NCBI GenBank assembly: GCA_903813345.2
Contig: CAIIXF020000001.1
Coordinates: forward strand, 38,254,001-38,318,000
Source of the DNA: Owenia fusiformis
Taxonomy: Eukaryota
DNA: 64,000 nt
Reading direction: 5' to 3'
Below the pieces are notes generated by a model. It was not told the DNA's origin and made no database searches. It saw nothing but the letters and a program-made list of their open reading frames with translations. Below are positions 61,405-64,000 of the stretch, piece after piece (position 1 is the stretch's first letter; every line of letters starts with the position of its first letter). Position numbers and translations under genes: made by a program.

Positions 61405-61462
61405 CTAAAAGACGTAGCAATGTACAAAGTACAATGGAAATAATAACACTTATCTCTAAATA

Positions 61463-61566
61463 TAGCCTTGCACAAGTCGGTTCTTTTTACTTAATAAGAT
61501 AATATCTGATCTTGAATTATTACTAGAAATCAAGATAAGTAAAAGAGACCGACTTGCGCAAGGCTG
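61463..61566. mobile_element. 104-bp deletion derivative of the AcademH-like family at 7243-8057
   Basis: TAGCCTTGCACAAGTCGG...CCGACTTGCGCAAGGCTG; CTCTAAATA on both flanks. Confidence 0.75.
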
Positions 61567-62740
61567 ACTCTAAATATGAAATGTGTACTTTATGAAAAGA
61601 AATCATGTGTAACAAGTATTATATGGTTAAAAATCGTATCATTTGAGTCTTTTGTATTGTTGGAATTCGTTGCGAATATTACAATTTGAAAGCTTTGAAA
61701 CTACTTGAAGGGAATAACCAAAAACAAAATTGAAGAATGCAACTGTTAAAAAAGGAACAAACACTTAATATCAAAAACATGGATATGGCATACAGAAAAA
61801 TAGTGTCTGTCCCCTTAAGAATCATAATAGCAATCAAACGAATGTAAAGTGTACCATGACAGGGAGATGATGACATTTCTTTCCAAATCAATACAATTAC
61901 TTTCATTAATTAGCAATGGTACATTTCTCGATCCAATATATATTACATTAAATAAACAATGCAAAAAACCATTTAACAAATGCGTAGGAAATGCTGATAG
62001 ACACGGTTTACAATAGTTCATATAAAATAACGAGGATCAACTGTATTGATTAATGACAACTTAATAGTGAGATGTTGTTGGTTTGTTTCGCAAGAATTGC
62101 ACGTAATAATCAGTTTAACATTAACGTAATCTTATATTGCTGGGTTTTCTGATGGATGTGCCTTGTCTTGTTCGCAATAAGCACAATCGCAGCTTGAATA
62201 ACAAAAGGCAGGAAGCCGAGAACAACTATTGTGAGATAGAGTATCGATATTATTTAAGGATGCTGGTTGTTGCTTTCAAGATTGTATCAGTTTTCTGCAA
62301 GCACCAGGGCTTTTTGGGACAATCAGTTATCAACAAAACATTAAAAATATTGGTCGTGAGAAAAAGTCATCCTTGAGTTTACAGGTCATTAACAAAATAT
62401 ACATGAGTCAGAGCACAGGAAAAGATTTTCAATAATCTGATTTTTTGTTTGTAATTAGGACAAAGACACCTTTTAAAGAGCCATGGCTTGTGTCTTACAA
62501 TTTTTTCCTTGCAGATGTAGACCAAAAAGGCGGATTTGCATTTAGCACAATTTTCTTCTTAATCTAAGGCACATTTTTGGCTCTGTAGCACAATTTCAAT
62601 ATATGTGATAAGACTGGTTTTCCTGTGGCGAGGCTCATTGAATGTTGGCTGGTGCAGCTAATGTTAATGAAATCTTTCTACACATTTCTCTTAATATCAA
62701 ATGCAAACTAATAATATCAAAACATATTAAAACATGTTAA

Positions 62741-63725
62741 CACGGGGTACCATCGAATAATTTTGGCAACGTACCGGAGAACGACATTTTACTAAGAAAT
62801 GGCAATAATTTAGCACAATATATTTTTTAACTAGAGTTCTATTTTGATTTTGACAAAAGTAAGTATTCCATGCAATAACTATTTCATTCATGAGTTTGTA
62901 GGAATTCTGTTGGAACCCAGTTCTGATCAAATACGAAGTTATTGAAATCGGGGCAGACGGACTTTACTCCGAAAGATGGTTTTTCGATTATAACTTTTCA
63001 CAACATTTAAGTATAGACTTTTGAAAAAAGTACAGAATAGTCCTTATACTTTTGAATAATTCTGTTATTTCTGATTCACACGACTCTGATTTGTTTAATT
63101 AAAAAAAAAGTTTTAAAAATATTACTTAGGAACGTAACCGGAGCAGATCAGTTGAATTATTTAATCAAAAAAATTAAAATATATGATTTAAAGCACATAT
63201 ACTAATTTAAAAACATACGGGATTGTTTGAATGCGTATTTATTAATATATATGCTTTAAATCATATATTTTATTTTTTTAAATTATATAATTCAACTGAT
63301 CTGCTCCGGTTACGTTCCCAGCTCCGGTTACGTTCCTAAGTAATATTTTTAAAACTTTTTTTTTAATTAAACAAATCAGAGTCGTGTGAATCAGAAATAA
63401 CAGAATTATTCAATAGTATAAGGACTATTCTGTACTTCTTTCAAAAGTCTATACTTAAATGTTGTAAAAAGTTATAATCGAAAAACCATCTTTCGGAGTA
63501 AAGTCCGACTGCGCCGATTTTAATAACTTCGTACTTGATCAGAACTGGGTTCCAACAGAATTCCTACAAACTCATGAATGAAATACCCATTGCATGGAAT
63601 ACTTACTTTTGTCAAAATCAAAGTAGAACTCTAGTTAAAAAATATATTGTGCTAAATTATTGCCATTTCTTAGTAAAATGTCGTTCTCCGGTACGTTGCC
63701 AAAATTATTCGATGGTACCCCGTGG
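62741..63725. mobile_element. TTAA-targeting (piggyBac-like) palindromic MITE
   Basis: TTAA|CACGGGGTACCATCG...CGATGGTACCCCGTGG|TTAA; ~470-bp near-perfect inverted arms. Confidence 0.85.
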
Positions 63726-64000
63726 TTAAGTGGTAGAGTAGGTCACTACTGGTGCACCATTTGGGTTGATATTACCGATTTTACATTTTAGAAATGTATG
63801 GTTTGATTTATTGTAAAATGCAGAGTTGTGTTGTCATCATTTCTACCCCTTTTTATTATAAAGAGGTATTACCATTTCTGGTCTTAGTTTACATTGCCCC
63901 CCATCCTTTTTTCACATCCCTTGTTTTCATTAACACCTCTCTCAAATACGATCTTGAACATCAACGCCATCGACAACCTTTTGGAGGCGTTTATGTATTG

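Noticed and set aside
62727..63729. Pair of near-identical 64-67-aa ORFs on opposite strands
   Set aside because: Mirror translations of the arms of the palindromic MITE.

Overview
AT-rich eukaryotic (invertebrate-like, inferred) nuclear DNA. Positions 1-45,000 are a nest of transposons built on a ~2.4-kb unit present twice (4439-20732 and 33134-44910). Each copy supplies the empty site for the other's insertions. Copy A carries a 13.4-kb insertion with an exact 8-bp target-site duplication (TSD) and intron-containing, decayed exons of a nesprin/MSP-300-like spectrin-repeat gene, i.e. a candidate Pack-type gene-capturing DNA transposon. Next is a young Gmr1-type Ty3/gypsy LTR retrotransposon (Gag-PR-IN-RT-RH order, tRNA-Pro primer site, one frameshift, truncated 3' LTR). 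Its leader hosts an antisense tyrosine-recombinase (DIRS-order) retroelement with identical split direct repeats but decayed coding sequence. Copy B carries an Academ-like and a Harbinger-like element. Positions 47,000-64,000 hold two convergent spliced host genes: a 6-exon ~302-aa uncharacterised gene (+) and a >=14-exon cyclic-nucleotide-binding-domain gene (-), with MITEs in the introns. No RNA genes or CRISPR arrays were found. All calls are by eye, without database searches.
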